Part shown: positions 37,319 through 48,358 of the stretch, piece after piece | Numbering within the stretch: position 1 is the stretch's first letter | Layout of the letters: each line of letters opens with the position of its first letter | Assembly: GCF_018350175.1 (NCBI RefSeq) | Contig: NC_058368.1 | Location: forward strand, 3,844,001 to 3,908,000 | Direction of reading: 5' to 3' | Source: Felis catus | Taxonomy: Eukaryota | Length of the DNA stretch: 64,000 bases | Made by a program: the position numbers and the translations under genes | The notes under the pieces: generated by a model | The model's database searches: none | What the model was told of the DNA's origin: nothing | Seen by the model: the letters and a program-made list of their open reading frames with translations, nothing else

Positions 37319-37521
37319 AGGTGAGGGTGGCTCAGTCGGTTAGGTGTTCGACTCTTGGTTTTGGCTCAGGTCGCCATCTCACCACTCATGGGTTCGAGCC
37401 CCATGTCAGGCTCCAAGCTGATGGTGCGGAGTCTGCTTGGGATTCTCTCTCTCTCTCCCCCTCTCCCTCCGCCCCCTCCTCTCCTCGCTGTCTCACTCCA
37501 TCAGATAAATAAATTTAAAAA
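37319..37521 (+). mobile_element. Can-SINE (diverged)
   Basis: GGGTGGCTCAGTCGGTTAGG...GGGATTCTCTCTCTC...ATAAATAAA. Confidence 0.9.
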
Positions 37522-39349
37522 GTTACGCCACCCGGATATTAGAGCTGTGTTACGTGGTATGAAAGGCAGTTTTTGAGAGTGTCAAAAATGATTTTCCTAC
37601 AGTTTTGGGGTTGACGTGACGGGTGCTATTAGACGTGTGGTCCACCCCCAGTCAGCATGCCCTGTGGCCTGGCAGGACCTTACTCAAAGCGGTCAGAATT
37701 CCAACCCTGATACGTGGGTGACTCTCCCTTGGAGACATGAGGTGGCTGAGGAGCTGGTGCCCACTGGACATCCTCCCCCCGCCTTGCCTTGTGGTTATGG
37801 CAGGAAAACACAGTCTGAATCATGTGTGTGTGTCTGAGTAAGCATGATCTCAAGCCTCAACCCCGTCCTCTTATCATATTTCAAAGACTTTGGTTTCTGT
37901 TTTATCCGTTAGTGTGCAATGCAGTTCTGATTGTACTGTATTATCACCAGAGCAGAGAATTTGTCTGAAGCCGATCCATTGGCCCTTCTTCATACTTTCT
38001 TGTTGAACTAGCATGTTAACGGATTTTGCAAATGTTACCCGTATGCTTGAGAAAAATAAGCATTTCCCAGTTTCGGGGATAGGGCTCTATACGTGTCCAT
38101 TTGAACACATTTCAGTTGTATCGTTCAGGTTTCGTGTAGCGCCACTCATTTTAGAGGGCTTGATCTATCCGTAGAGGTATGCTAAAATCACTGTGATGAT
38201 GGCTTCCTTCACTGTTTCCTGAAGTTCTCCCATTTTTATTACATGTATACAGATGAATAGATGTTTGTTAGATGCACACAAGTCTAGCATTTCTACAGCT
38301 GCCCGGAATGTATTTTATATCTATAGTATTACAGCAATACCCCACCCTAATGTGCCCTGTCATTATGGGCGTTCATATATAACATAAATGAGAGATGGCT
38401 CCTGTCCTCTGCTCCTGCCCCGGTGTCAAAGGAGGGGTGGCTGAAGTTTTCCTCTCCTTTTGGGGGAAAAGGATGTGTGGTGATGTGTGCAGGCTGGAAA
38501 TAGGCAGCACCAGTGAAGGGCGCCCCATTCACCAATAATCTAGATTACTCGTCCCAGAACAGGTTAGCTGGGAGGTTCTTGGAGTCACTGCTGCTTCCTC
38601 CTTCCCTTCCTTCTGGGGATTGCTGTGCAGGCCCAGAGTCTCAGCATCGCTCCCGGCAGTTGCCCTACCGAGAAGTGCTAGCTGGAAGGGTGGATTTGAA
38701 TTCTCTGCCACACTCTGGACTCTTTGCCCACAGCCTATAGATAGGCCCTCACTGGGGTGAGTTCATTAATTCTGCAGCAAGGCTACATTTGCAAAGTTGA
38801 ACGCTGTCATGTTTTCTAAGATTTATCTTCTATACCAATTTTCTTTTCGCCTGGATGTGATCTGTTAGATACAGAGAAGACATATATTTTGTATGTCTTA
38901 TAGCTTTAAGCTATATAACTCCTTTTTGAATTTTAAAATATAACTGAGTTTCTCGTTTCTAAAGGGTCTGTTTAGTTCTTTTCAAACCCGTCTTTTTAAA
39001 AATCACATCATAGTAGCTTCCTTTCAACATCTTCCAGGGGTTTATGATCTCTGTGTCTCAAACTCCTGGCAACAGCCTGTCCAAATTAGGCGTGTCAATA
39101 AATGATGTTTGAAATTAAGAATGCCACTTAACAACATTTATTTAGTAGACACAATGCTCAGTTCACTACGTTATGTCCCATGACAAGAATCAAAGAATAC
39201 AGAAGACAGAATTCCTGTCCATGATGTGGTTTTATTTTCAATAATAAATAGGGAACCATTAATTCAAAGCAGATAAAAACTGATACTTACACAAAAATGT
39301 ATTCTAATGCTTCATATTTGATTCCCTATCTATTAAAATGTTGATAACT

Positions 39350-39556
39350 GGGGCGCCTGGGTGGCTCAGTAGGTTAAGCATCTGACTTCAGCCCAGGTCA
39401 TGATCTTGCAGTTCCTGAGTTCGAGCCCCGCGTGGGGCTCTGTGCTGACAGCTCAGAGCCTGCCTACTTCAGATTCTGTCTCCCTCTCTCTCTGCCCCCT
39501 CCCCCACTTTCTCTCCTTTAAAAATAAATAAACATTAAAAAAAATTTAATAAAAAC
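39350..39556 (+). mobile_element. Can-SINE with TSD
   Basis: TSD TAAAATGTTGATAAC at 39334-39348 and 39557-39571. Confidence 0.95.
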
Positions 39557-39676
39557 TAAAATGTTGATAACCACATTTGAGAGAAGCACTTAAAACCCAT
39601 CAAAATTAAGTATACCACCATCAACATACTTTGAGGATTAGGTTAACAGGAAAAGAGGTGTAATTTAAAAAAAAAG

Positions 39677-39893
39677 TTTTTTTAATGTTTATTTACTTTT
39701 TTGAGAGAGAGACAGAGACAGAGTGCGAATGGGGGAGGGGCAGAGAGAGAGAGGGAGACACAGAATCCACAGCAGGCTCCGGGCTCTGAGCTTTCAGCAC
39801 AGAGCCCGACACGGGGGCTCGAACCCACAGACCGCGAGATCATGACCTGAGCCGGAGTCAGACGCTTAACAGACTGAGCCACCCAGGCACCCC
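39677..39893 (-). mobile_element. Can-SINE
   Basis: Full reverse SINE, tail-to-tail with the 39350 copy. Confidence 0.95.
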
Positions 39894-40899
39894 CGGGAAT
39901 TCATTTTTGAATGATAACATAAGTTATTTAAAAAACTAAAGTGGTCTATGAAGGTAATTTTTATTCAAGATGTAGTAAAACTCAAAATTCCTTATCTTGG
40001 ATTATAAATTTTAAGTTCTAAGATAAAGCATCATTTCATTAATGTTTTTGTACAAGGCTTATAAATAAATCACAAAGTGCTCTGCCTCGTTGCGGTGCAC
40101 TTTCCTGCCAGCGTGAATGCTACCTTGCTGTTGTCTGACTTCAGAGTCCTGAAGAATTGGTATCCTTCCCAAGGCTGATTATAATAATATCTGAAGGAAG
40201 CTAGCCCAAGCAGATAGTCTCTGAGAGTCTCTTCTGGCAAAAATTTAATACACGGTGTCAAATAAAAAATGAAAACCACTATGAGCCGTGAGGACTGTAA
40301 GCTAATAATTTATTAAATAACAAAATCGACTCTTTAGAAGAAAATTTAAGTTGAGTGTTCCGCCTGGCCACTCACATCATGCCTGTCTAGAATAAAGTCC
40401 TCGTTTTCTGCGTAATAGTCAGCACTGAGAAATAGCGATACCCGCTTGGCCAAAATACGTAAAACGCGATAGAGTAAGCACTACAACCGGGAAAACAAAC
40501 AGATATGAAAGGAGAAGTCTGTGGCTTTGGTAAATACGGCTCGAGTCTGGAAGGACCAGAAAGCAGGTCGCTGGCTTCCGAGAGTCAGCCTGGAGTCGGT
40601 AGGGTCTGCTGAGGAAACGGGGTCCGGCCTCTTCCTTGGGCCGTCAGCAAAGCAGGGGTGCAAATGTGGGGTGACTCCTAGACTAAACAGAGCACTTTCC
40701 CCGGTTTCCTCTCTCCTGGGAGACCCTCCAGAGATTGTAGGGTAGAGCCTGCCTTCTCTCTCGCAGCAAACAGCTGGTCACACTAACCTAGTCCGTTGTG
40801 AGTGGGTTTCCACTTACTAAATATAAACAGTTGAGGGAACTCTGAAGTAACTCTCAACGTATTTTTGTTGTTGTTGTACATTTAAATTATCTGGGTATC

Positions 40900-42512
40900 T
40901 GTGCATTCAACGTTTATACTCAATTTATTGAGCAAATGTTTATCGAGGGCATACTGCGTGCCAGGCACTGCTCTAGGCACCTGGGGATACAAGAAAATAA
41001 CCCAACAATTGAGAGCCCTACCTTCTGGGGGCTTCTATGCGCTGAGGTGAGACTTTACAGTAAAGTAAGTCAATAAGGTACATAGTATGTCATGTAGAGT
41101 TAAGTGCTATGGTAAAAAAAAATAAAAATAAAGCAAGAAGGAGCAGAGAGAAATATGCAGTGGTGAGAGCGGAGGGTTATTTAAATCAGATGACCAGGGA
41201 AGGCTGGTTGATAAATGCTCTTTGAGCAGGGAGTTGAGGGATGCGAAGGAGACGCCAGCCATTATCTGGGAGAAGACCTTCCCGGCTTCCAGGTAGAGGG
41301 CATCGCAACTCCAGAGTTCACGCTTGGAAGGTACGCGGGTGAGTAAGACCGGTGTGAGTGAGCCAGGAGTAAGGAGGAGAGCGGTAGAGGACGAGGTCAG
41401 GATGGGCCCTGCCAGTCAGGCTGAGGATGTCGGGGTTTACTCTGAGTGGAATGGAAAGCCGCAGGAGGATTTTATGGAGAGGTGCTCGGTGACCCAGTCG
41501 ATGCTTTCACAGGACCTCTCTAGCCCCCATGTTGGAAGTGGCCTGTGGGAGGTTTGGGATAGAAGCAGAGAACTGTGAGGTGGCAGCTGCAGTCGGCCAG
41601 GTGACCGATGGTGAGACGCAGTCAGATCCGGATTATTGGTAGCACTTTGATTCACTGAGTTGTTGATGGGTTGCATGCGGTATGGAGAAAGAAAGGGATT
41701 GAGAACAACTGAAAGATTTTTGACTTGAGCATCTTTTTTCTTAATTTGTTAAAGTTTATTTCTTTGTTTTGAGAGAGCGAGAAAGAGCACAAGCAGGGGA
41801 GGGGCGGGAGAGAGGATCCCAAGGAGGCTCTGCACTGTCAGTGTAGAGCCCCATGTGAGGCTAGATCCCACGACTGGGAGATCATGACCTGAGTCAAAAT
41901 CAAGAGTCAGATGCTTAACCGACTGAGCCACCCAGGTGCCTCTTGACTTGAGCACCTTGAAGAATGAACGAAGTTGCCACTCAGCGATTTGGGGACAGTT
42001 TTACAAGGAGCAGGTTGGGGAGATGTGGTCAGCTTTGGTCAGGACATGTGCAACTTGAGATTCCCAGTTGGGGAATCTTGAGTTCAAGGTGAGCCATAGC
42101 TAGGAACTAGGAGTCCTCAGCTTAAAGACACATCTACAACTGGGGGTAAATTCAAATGAAGAGGGGAAGTAATCTCGGGGCTGAGCCTGTGGCTCAGAGA
42201 TGATGAGGACACGGCAAATGAGAATGAGCGGCCATCGCCATTGCAAGTAGGGTTTCCGGAACCCTAGCGGAAGAGGAGGCAATGACTATTTGGCATGTGC
42301 TAACCCTGGGTCGTGTGAGCCCGCTTTGCTTAGCAACACGGAGACCCTTGATGAGCTTACCAGAGCAAGTTCAACGGGTGGCCGGTGTGAAAGCCTGTCT
42401 GGAAGCGAGTTCTAGAGAGAAGGCAGGCACAGAATTAGAAAAACAGTGGGTATGGTCAACCCACTCAAGGAGTTTTGCTGGAGGGAGGAGTAGAGAAATG
42501 GAGCTGGGGCTG
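40900..42512 (-). mobile_element. Long L2 fragment interrupted by a SINE
   Basis: CATTCAAC...TTTATTGAGC...TACTGCGTGCCAGGCACTGCTCTAGGC terminus and downstream L2 antisense motifs (TTTACTCTGAGTGGAATGGAAAGCC; GAGTTTTGCTGGAGGGAGGAG). Confidence 0.8.
41734..41941 (-). mobile_element. Can-SINE with TSD, inside L2
   Basis: TTGACTTGAGCA at 41720-41731 and 41943-41954. Confidence 0.94.
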
Positions 42513-42993
42513 TAGATATTTGTGAAGCACCTGCTGTTGGCCAGAGCATACGGTGGTAAGACATTAACACTGTCCTCAGGAGCCCCAGGCTGGTGGCTCG
42601 CCCCTTCTGATAAGACCATTTTTCCAGTCTTTATGTAGTTTATCCTTGTTAGTATTCTTTCAGTAATAAGATCCTAGAGACCTCATATTAGAAGTTCTCT
42701 TTCCAACAGGTCTTTTCTGAAAATGCTTTAGCAGAGACCGCATGTTTTATTTTTACCTACTTAGCCTGGGTCCCCTTTGGAATTAGCTCCTCATCAACAA
42801 TCGTTATTTTAGAAGAGTGTTAGACTGCAAGTGCCAACTCTTTTCTTAATGGATTCAGTGCGTTCATAAATCATAGAATGTTTTGTTTAGGATGTAATTC
42901 GGAGAAAACACTCCATCTATCTAGCCCCGTTTACCAGCCTCACCTCTGGCAGGTAGGTAGCCCAATTAGTGTTTGTGAGATTCAGTAGTTCTA

Positions 42994-43212
42994 TTTTTTT
43001 TTAATGTTTTAACGTTTATGTATTTTTGAGAGAGAGAGAGACAGAGCATGAGCAGGAAGGGACAGAGAGAGAGGGAGACTCAGAATCCAAAGCAGGCTCC
43101 AGGCTCTGAGCTATCGGCACAGAGAGCCCGACTGAGGGCTCGAACCCACAAACCGTGATATCATGACCTGAGCCGGAGTCAGACGTTTAACCGACGGAGC
43201 CACCCGGGTGCC
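42994..43212 (-). mobile_element. Can-SINE
   Basis: Reverse SINE; TTCTATTTTTT flanks both sides. Confidence 0.94.
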
Positions 43213-43523
43213 GTCTTTCTTTCTATTTTTTCATCCATTCACTCATTCCCTTAAGGCTTCTATTGTGTCACTATTATTTGTCAGTTACCCTGTTTTAGGG
43301 GCACAGCAATGAAAAGGCTCACATAGAGTTTATGTTCTGAGGAGGGGGGAGTCAGTAAACAAGTGAATAATCAAATAAAACAGATTCCCAGGACAAGTAA
43401 GAGGGATTTAAGGGCTACCCTCATCACAGAATTGCTATCGTCTGTCCTGTAAACCACAGCAAAATTGTCTTAAATGGATATTAAAGTCTTCCCCATCTTA
43501 TGTAAGTGGGAACAAAAGCTTCC

Positions 43524-43973
43524 TAGGAGAGGCAGAATAATGACCCCCACATATGGCCATGTCCTAATCCCTGGAACCTTGCATGATAAAAGGAATGGTT
43601 CAGTTGTGATTATGTTAAGGCCTTTGAGATGGGGAGATTATCTTGGATTACGGAGGTGGGCCCGCTGTAATCCCAAAGGTCCTTGTGACGGAGAAGCAGG
43701 AGGGTCAGAGTCAGAAAGGAGCCAGGAGCCGCGGCAACATAAATAGAGGTTGTAGCCAAGGAGTGTGGGCAGCCCTGGAAGCTGGAAAGAGGAGGGAGCA
43801 GATTTTGCCTGGCTCCTCCGGAAGGATTACAGACCTCCCCACCCTTGGATTTTTAGCCCCCACAGACCCACTTTCAGACTTCTGACCTCCCAAACCATAA
43901 GATACTGAAGTTGTGTTGGGTTAAGCCTCTAGGTTTGTGGTAATGTGTTGCAGCAGCAATAGGAGACTATATA
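43524..43973 (+). mobile_element. MLT1D-like MaLR solo LTR
   Basis: GGCAGAATAATGACCCCC...GTCCTAATCCCTGGAACC...GAGATGGGGAGATTATC...CAGACTTCTGACCTCC...TTAAGCC...GCAGCAGCAATAGGA. Confidence 0.88.
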
Positions 43974-45765
43974 TAGGAATAGAAATGTGTAGCAGTTGGA
44001 AACTCTGTGTGCGTACACACGTTCTTGGAAAGCTGCTATTTTCACGGATCCGGAGCGATGGTGTGAAGTGGCGCACTGGCTATAAATTCAGACACTCTGG
44101 CCACCCTTCCCGATCCACTTGCGGTCTGTTAGCCCACGCTTCACAGAAATTGTGGAGCTGCCACCATTATTTCGGATGATGGCAAACAGTCCGAAAGAAG
44201 CGTAAGAGCGGAAGGCAATGGCAGGTGACTGCGTGCCCGGAGAAGGCTTCTTTGAGCAAATGACATGCGATCAAATGACTGAAGGCTGAGAAGGAGCCCG
44301 CACGCAGAGTGTTTCAGGTGGACGCGATGCCTGGGACGGAGGCCCTGGGGTGAGATGACCTGGTCTGTCAAGGAGTAGCCGGAGAGGAAAAGGTAAAATG
44401 GTGGTAAGTGATGTCGAAGAAGTACGCAGAGACCCTTCACGCAGGGTCTGCCCGGTGGTCGTGGAGTTCAGATGTTCTCAGTGCGGCGGGGGGAAGCCAC
44501 CTGAAAGCCTGGCACGACACAGCTTGCTGACATCTTGCACCCTTGGCTTCTGGGTGGAGAACGGCTTCTGGAGGGAAACGACGGTGCAGATGAGAGAGTC
44601 CGTGGTGGCCCGACTAGGGGGGTAGCCAGAGGGGTGGACGGATTCGGGATGGGGGTTAAGGCGGAGCTGAGGCGATGTGAGGTTTGGAGGGAAGAGAGAA
44701 GAAGCAAGCGTCGCTCCTGGGGCTGGGGAGCAACGGCGGGGTGGGGTGCGGTGGGCCCTGAGTCGGGAAGGCCCAGGAGCTCAAGCCAAGGAGCAGGTAA
44801 GTTACACCAGCGTGGAACCAGTAAGCCCTGAGGTTTCGAACAACGTAGACGGTCCGTCCTGCGGGTCTGCAAATCCCGTGTGCTGAATAGCATAGTTTTA
44901 TATAATCACAACACGGGAAAATGCCAGTTGTTGAGCGAGAAGGAGATTTAAAGAGTTATTTCAGACTGTGACTTACTTGAATAAGGACACCTCCAAACCG
45001 TCCCTAAAAATAAACGTAAGACCGTGGCACGAGGAAAAAGCAGAATCCCGGAGGAGAAGGTTTTCTGTTCTGATTCGTCGTTTTACCGCATGTACAGTCA
45101 GGAAGGGCTTCATTATCTGTCCTCTTCCCTTCATAAATTAAAACCAAAAGTGGACAGTGTGGAAAGCGGAATAATGGCTGTTTTCTTAAATCTCCCCATG
45201 GAGTCGAAGTGGTTATGGAAACTCTTGCGCGAACTTACGTAAAACGGCGGGTACTTGTAACCATTTGCATGCACGTGTACATTCTGATCGTTCTTGGAAG
45301 TAGGTGAATACCAAGGAAATTTATTATAGGCAAAAAATTACGGTGGTGGGTATCTCGACAAGAGCCTTTTTAATTCTGAGTAATTTAGCGACTGTAGAAA
45401 GACGTGGCTTAATAATTTGACTTAACTAAGTAATTGGATTTTAAAAAGACATACAGGTATCAGCTTGATTTTCCACCGAGTCCTTTAAAAACTCGATTAC
45501 TTGATTATTTTAGGTTAATGCTTCCATTCTAAGTTTAACTGTGCAGAATTTTGAAAGTTGAATTTATTGATTAAAATCTGAAAATGTGGCCACTGGATTT
45601 CAGATGGATTTGCCATAGCTAAACTATTTTGCATGCTTGAAACAGTGACATGTTTCAAAGTAATGTTCAGTTCTTTTTAAAAATCATTTTCATTCTAGAA
45701 ATTTATTATTGGGGTAGAAGGTGTTATTTTGTTGGACTTTTAGTAAATCAGTATTGACAAACAAG

Positions 45766-46162
45766 TTCTCTGTTTCTATCTGTCTCTCTCCCTCTCTCCC
45801 CCTCCTTCGTCTCCTCCCTCTCTCCCTCCTTCTCTCCCTTTCTCTCTCTCCTTCTCTCTCTCTCTCCCTCTCTCCCCTTCCTTCCTCTCCTTTCTCTCTC
45901 TCCTTCTCTGTCTCTTTCCCTCTCTCCCCCTCCTTCGTCTCCTCCCTCTCTCCCTCCTTCTCTCCCTTTCTCTCTCTCCTTCTCTCTCTCTCTCTCTCCC
46001 TCTCTCCCCTTCCTTCCTCTCCTTTCTCTCTCTCCTTCTCTGTCTCTTTCCCTCTCTCCCCCTCCTTTGTCTCCTCCCTCTCACTCCTTCTCTCCCTTTC
46101 TCTCTCTCCTTCTCTGTCTCCCTCTCCCCCCCCCCCCCCGTCCCATCTCCCACCTTCCCCCT
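45766..46162. repeat. About 400-bp polypyrimidine (CT-rich) tract with a ~130-bp higher-order repeat, abutting the exon 2 acceptor
   Basis: Marker CTGTCTCT(C/T)TCCCTCTCTCCCCCTCCTT(C/T)GTCTCC recurs at 45780, 45908 and 46040. Confidence 0.93.
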
Positions 46163-46174
46163 ACGGCATGGCAG

Positions 46175-46369
46175 ATGGTCCGTGAACAGTACACTACAGC
46201 CACAGAAGGCACCCACGTGCAGAGGCCAGAGAACCCGTGTGTCTACAAAATTGGCATTTATGGCTGGAGAAAACGCTGCCTCTACTTATTTGTTCTCCTT
46301 TTACTCATCATCCTCCTTGTGAATTTTGCTCTCACGATTTGGATTCTTAAAGTGATGTGGTTTTCCCCA
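46175..46369 (+). CDS. SGCG: Gamma-sarcoglycan, first coding exon (exon 2): cytoplasmic N-terminus plus transmembrane helix, 65 codons
   Basis: Translates to [65 protein letters not shown], with the sarcoglycan GIYGWRKRC motif and the gamma-type MVREQY start. Bounded by acceptor gcag|ATG and donor CCA|gtaagt. The 195-nt phase-0 exon matches the human exon 2 as I recall it. Confidence 0.97.
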
Positions 46370-46519
46370 GTAAGTATCGTCTTCCTTTCCTGGCAAGCAT
46401 GTTCTTCTTCTGTTTGTTGGATCACTTTATCCATATTGAATTGGTAGAAGCCTCCTTTAGTGTCATTGACGTTTGTTTCTGTCTGGATCAGGATGATCTC
46501 GCGGCAAAATACTCGTGCT

Positions 46520-46710
46520 TTTTCTTTCTTTAATGTTTATGTTTGAGAGAGCGCAAGCGGGGGAGGGACAGAGAAAGGGGGACAGAGGATTCGAAGTGGG
46601 CTCAGCGCTGACAACAGCCAGCCCCGTTTTGGGCACCGGCTCCCGAACCATGAGATCGTGACCTGAGCCGAAGTGGGATGCTGAACCCACTGAGCCGCCC
46701 AGGCGCCCCC
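46520..46710 (-). mobile_element. Can-SINE (short variant)
   Basis: Reverse SINE ending CCCAGGCGCCCC, 150 bp after the exon 2 donor. Confidence 0.9.
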
Positions 46711-46965
46711 ATACTCTACTTTTTCTTAATTTCACTATGAACTATAGTGTGTTGGGTTTTTTGGTTTTCTGTTGCAATTTTTTTTTATTAGTCATTATGT
46801 TTACACGTGAGAAAATGGTGCAAATCTTGGGTTTGAGTCAGAATTGCGTAATGATTATTCAATAATTTGTAAAATTTTATGAATCCTGTTTTCCTAATCT
46901 CATTAATCCATAAATAATAACCATCCAGATGCTACTGTCTCATTTGCTTAAAAAACTTTACTTTA

Positions 46966-47181
46966 GGGGCGCCTGGGTGGCTCGGTTGGTTAAGCGGTCG
47001 ACTTCGGCTCAGGTCATGATCTCGTGGTCCAGGAGTTCGAGCCCCGTGTCAGGCTCTGGGCTGATGGCTCAGAGCCTGGAGCCTGTTTCCGATTCTGTGT
47101 CTCCCTCTCTCTCTGCCCCTCCCCCATTCATGCTCTGTCTCTCTCTGTCTCAAAAATAAATAAACATTAAAAAAATTAAAA
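46966..47181 (+). mobile_element. Can-SINE with TSD
   Basis: TSD AAAAAACTTTACTTTA at 46950-46965 and 47182-47197. Confidence 0.96.
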
Positions 47182-47708
47182 AAAAAACTTTACTTTAAAA
47201 TATGATAAATTAATAAATTCATGCACAGCTTCATGCTTCAACACTTAGCAACACATTTAGTAGATGAAATACCAGTAGCGTAAGGAATTCATATTCTATT
47301 TTACACATCCTCATGTTTTCTAGATTGTTGGGTAATGTTGTATGCTCTGATGATATTTTTGTGTACTTTTTGAAAAAATATTCATTTAATATAGAATATC
47401 TAGTTTTTGCTAGATAGTCACGGTGGCAAAAAACACCGTAATGAACATCACCTGTAGGTTAATCTGTTCCTCGCATGCATCTTGAAGGTGTGAAATAGGC
47501 AAGGACTCTCTCTAAGAACAGTAGTTGTAGCTTTCAGTGTGAAATGCCTTCCGCTGATGACTCTCTTTCTCTTTCTAGGCAAGTATTTCCCTCCTGCCAC
47601 TGCTCTGTGGCCAGTAGGCACATTATTTATTTCATTGACCTAAATAAATATTTACATTTTCATGTATTCAAGGAAGTAATATACCAACCCAATCAAAATA
47701 TGCTTTAA

Positions 47709-47925
47709 GGGGCGCCTGGGTGGCTCAGTCGGTTAAGCGGCCGACTTCGGCTCAGGTCATGATCTCGCGGTCTGTGAGTTTGAGCCCCACTTCGGGCTCT
47801 GTGCTGACAGCTCGGAGCCTGGAGCCTGTTTCGGATTCTGTGTCTTCCTCTCTCTGACCCTCCTCCGTTCATGCTCTGTCTCTCTCTGTCTCAAAAATAA
47901 ACAAACGTTAAAAAAAATTTTTTTA
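47709..47925 (+). mobile_element. Can-SINE
   Basis: Full-length, low divergence. Confidence 0.95.
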
Positions 47926-48149
47926 ATGCCTTAAAATATGTTATTTAATATAAACATTATACATTGTTATTATAAATTATATTTAACTATTAAAAATACC
48001 TAAAAATATTTAAATTAGCCAAACAGAAGTAGTCATTTCTTCTTTAAAATTTACAAAAACAATATTTTTACGCTACCACAATAGTATTTTGTTCCATTGG
48101 ACACCTTTATTAATGTGTCGTACATCATCTTCATTTTATCCATAAATTA

Positions 48150-48358
48150 AATTTTTTAATGTTTGTTTTTGAGAGAGAAAGAGAGCATGAGTGGGGGAGG
48201 GGCAGAGAGAGAGAGGGAGACACAGAATCCGAAGCAGGCTCCAGGCTCCGAGCTGTCAGCCCAGAGCCCGATGTGGGGCTCGAACTCACAAACCACAAGA
48301 CCATGACCCACCCGAGCTGAAGTCAGATGCTTAACCGACTGAGCCAGCCAGGACCCCC
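48150..48358 (-). mobile_element. Can-SINE
   Basis: Reverse SINE; TAAAT(T)TAAATTTTT flanks both sides. Confidence 0.93.

Noticed and set aside
45721..46216. Ser/Leu/Pro-rich and Arg/Glu-rich ORFs on both strands
   Set aside because: Artefacts of the CT low-complexity tract.
46067..46447. 126-aa ORF as a standalone gene
   Set aside because: Only 46175-46369 is exonic; the flanks are intronic read-through past clear splice sites.
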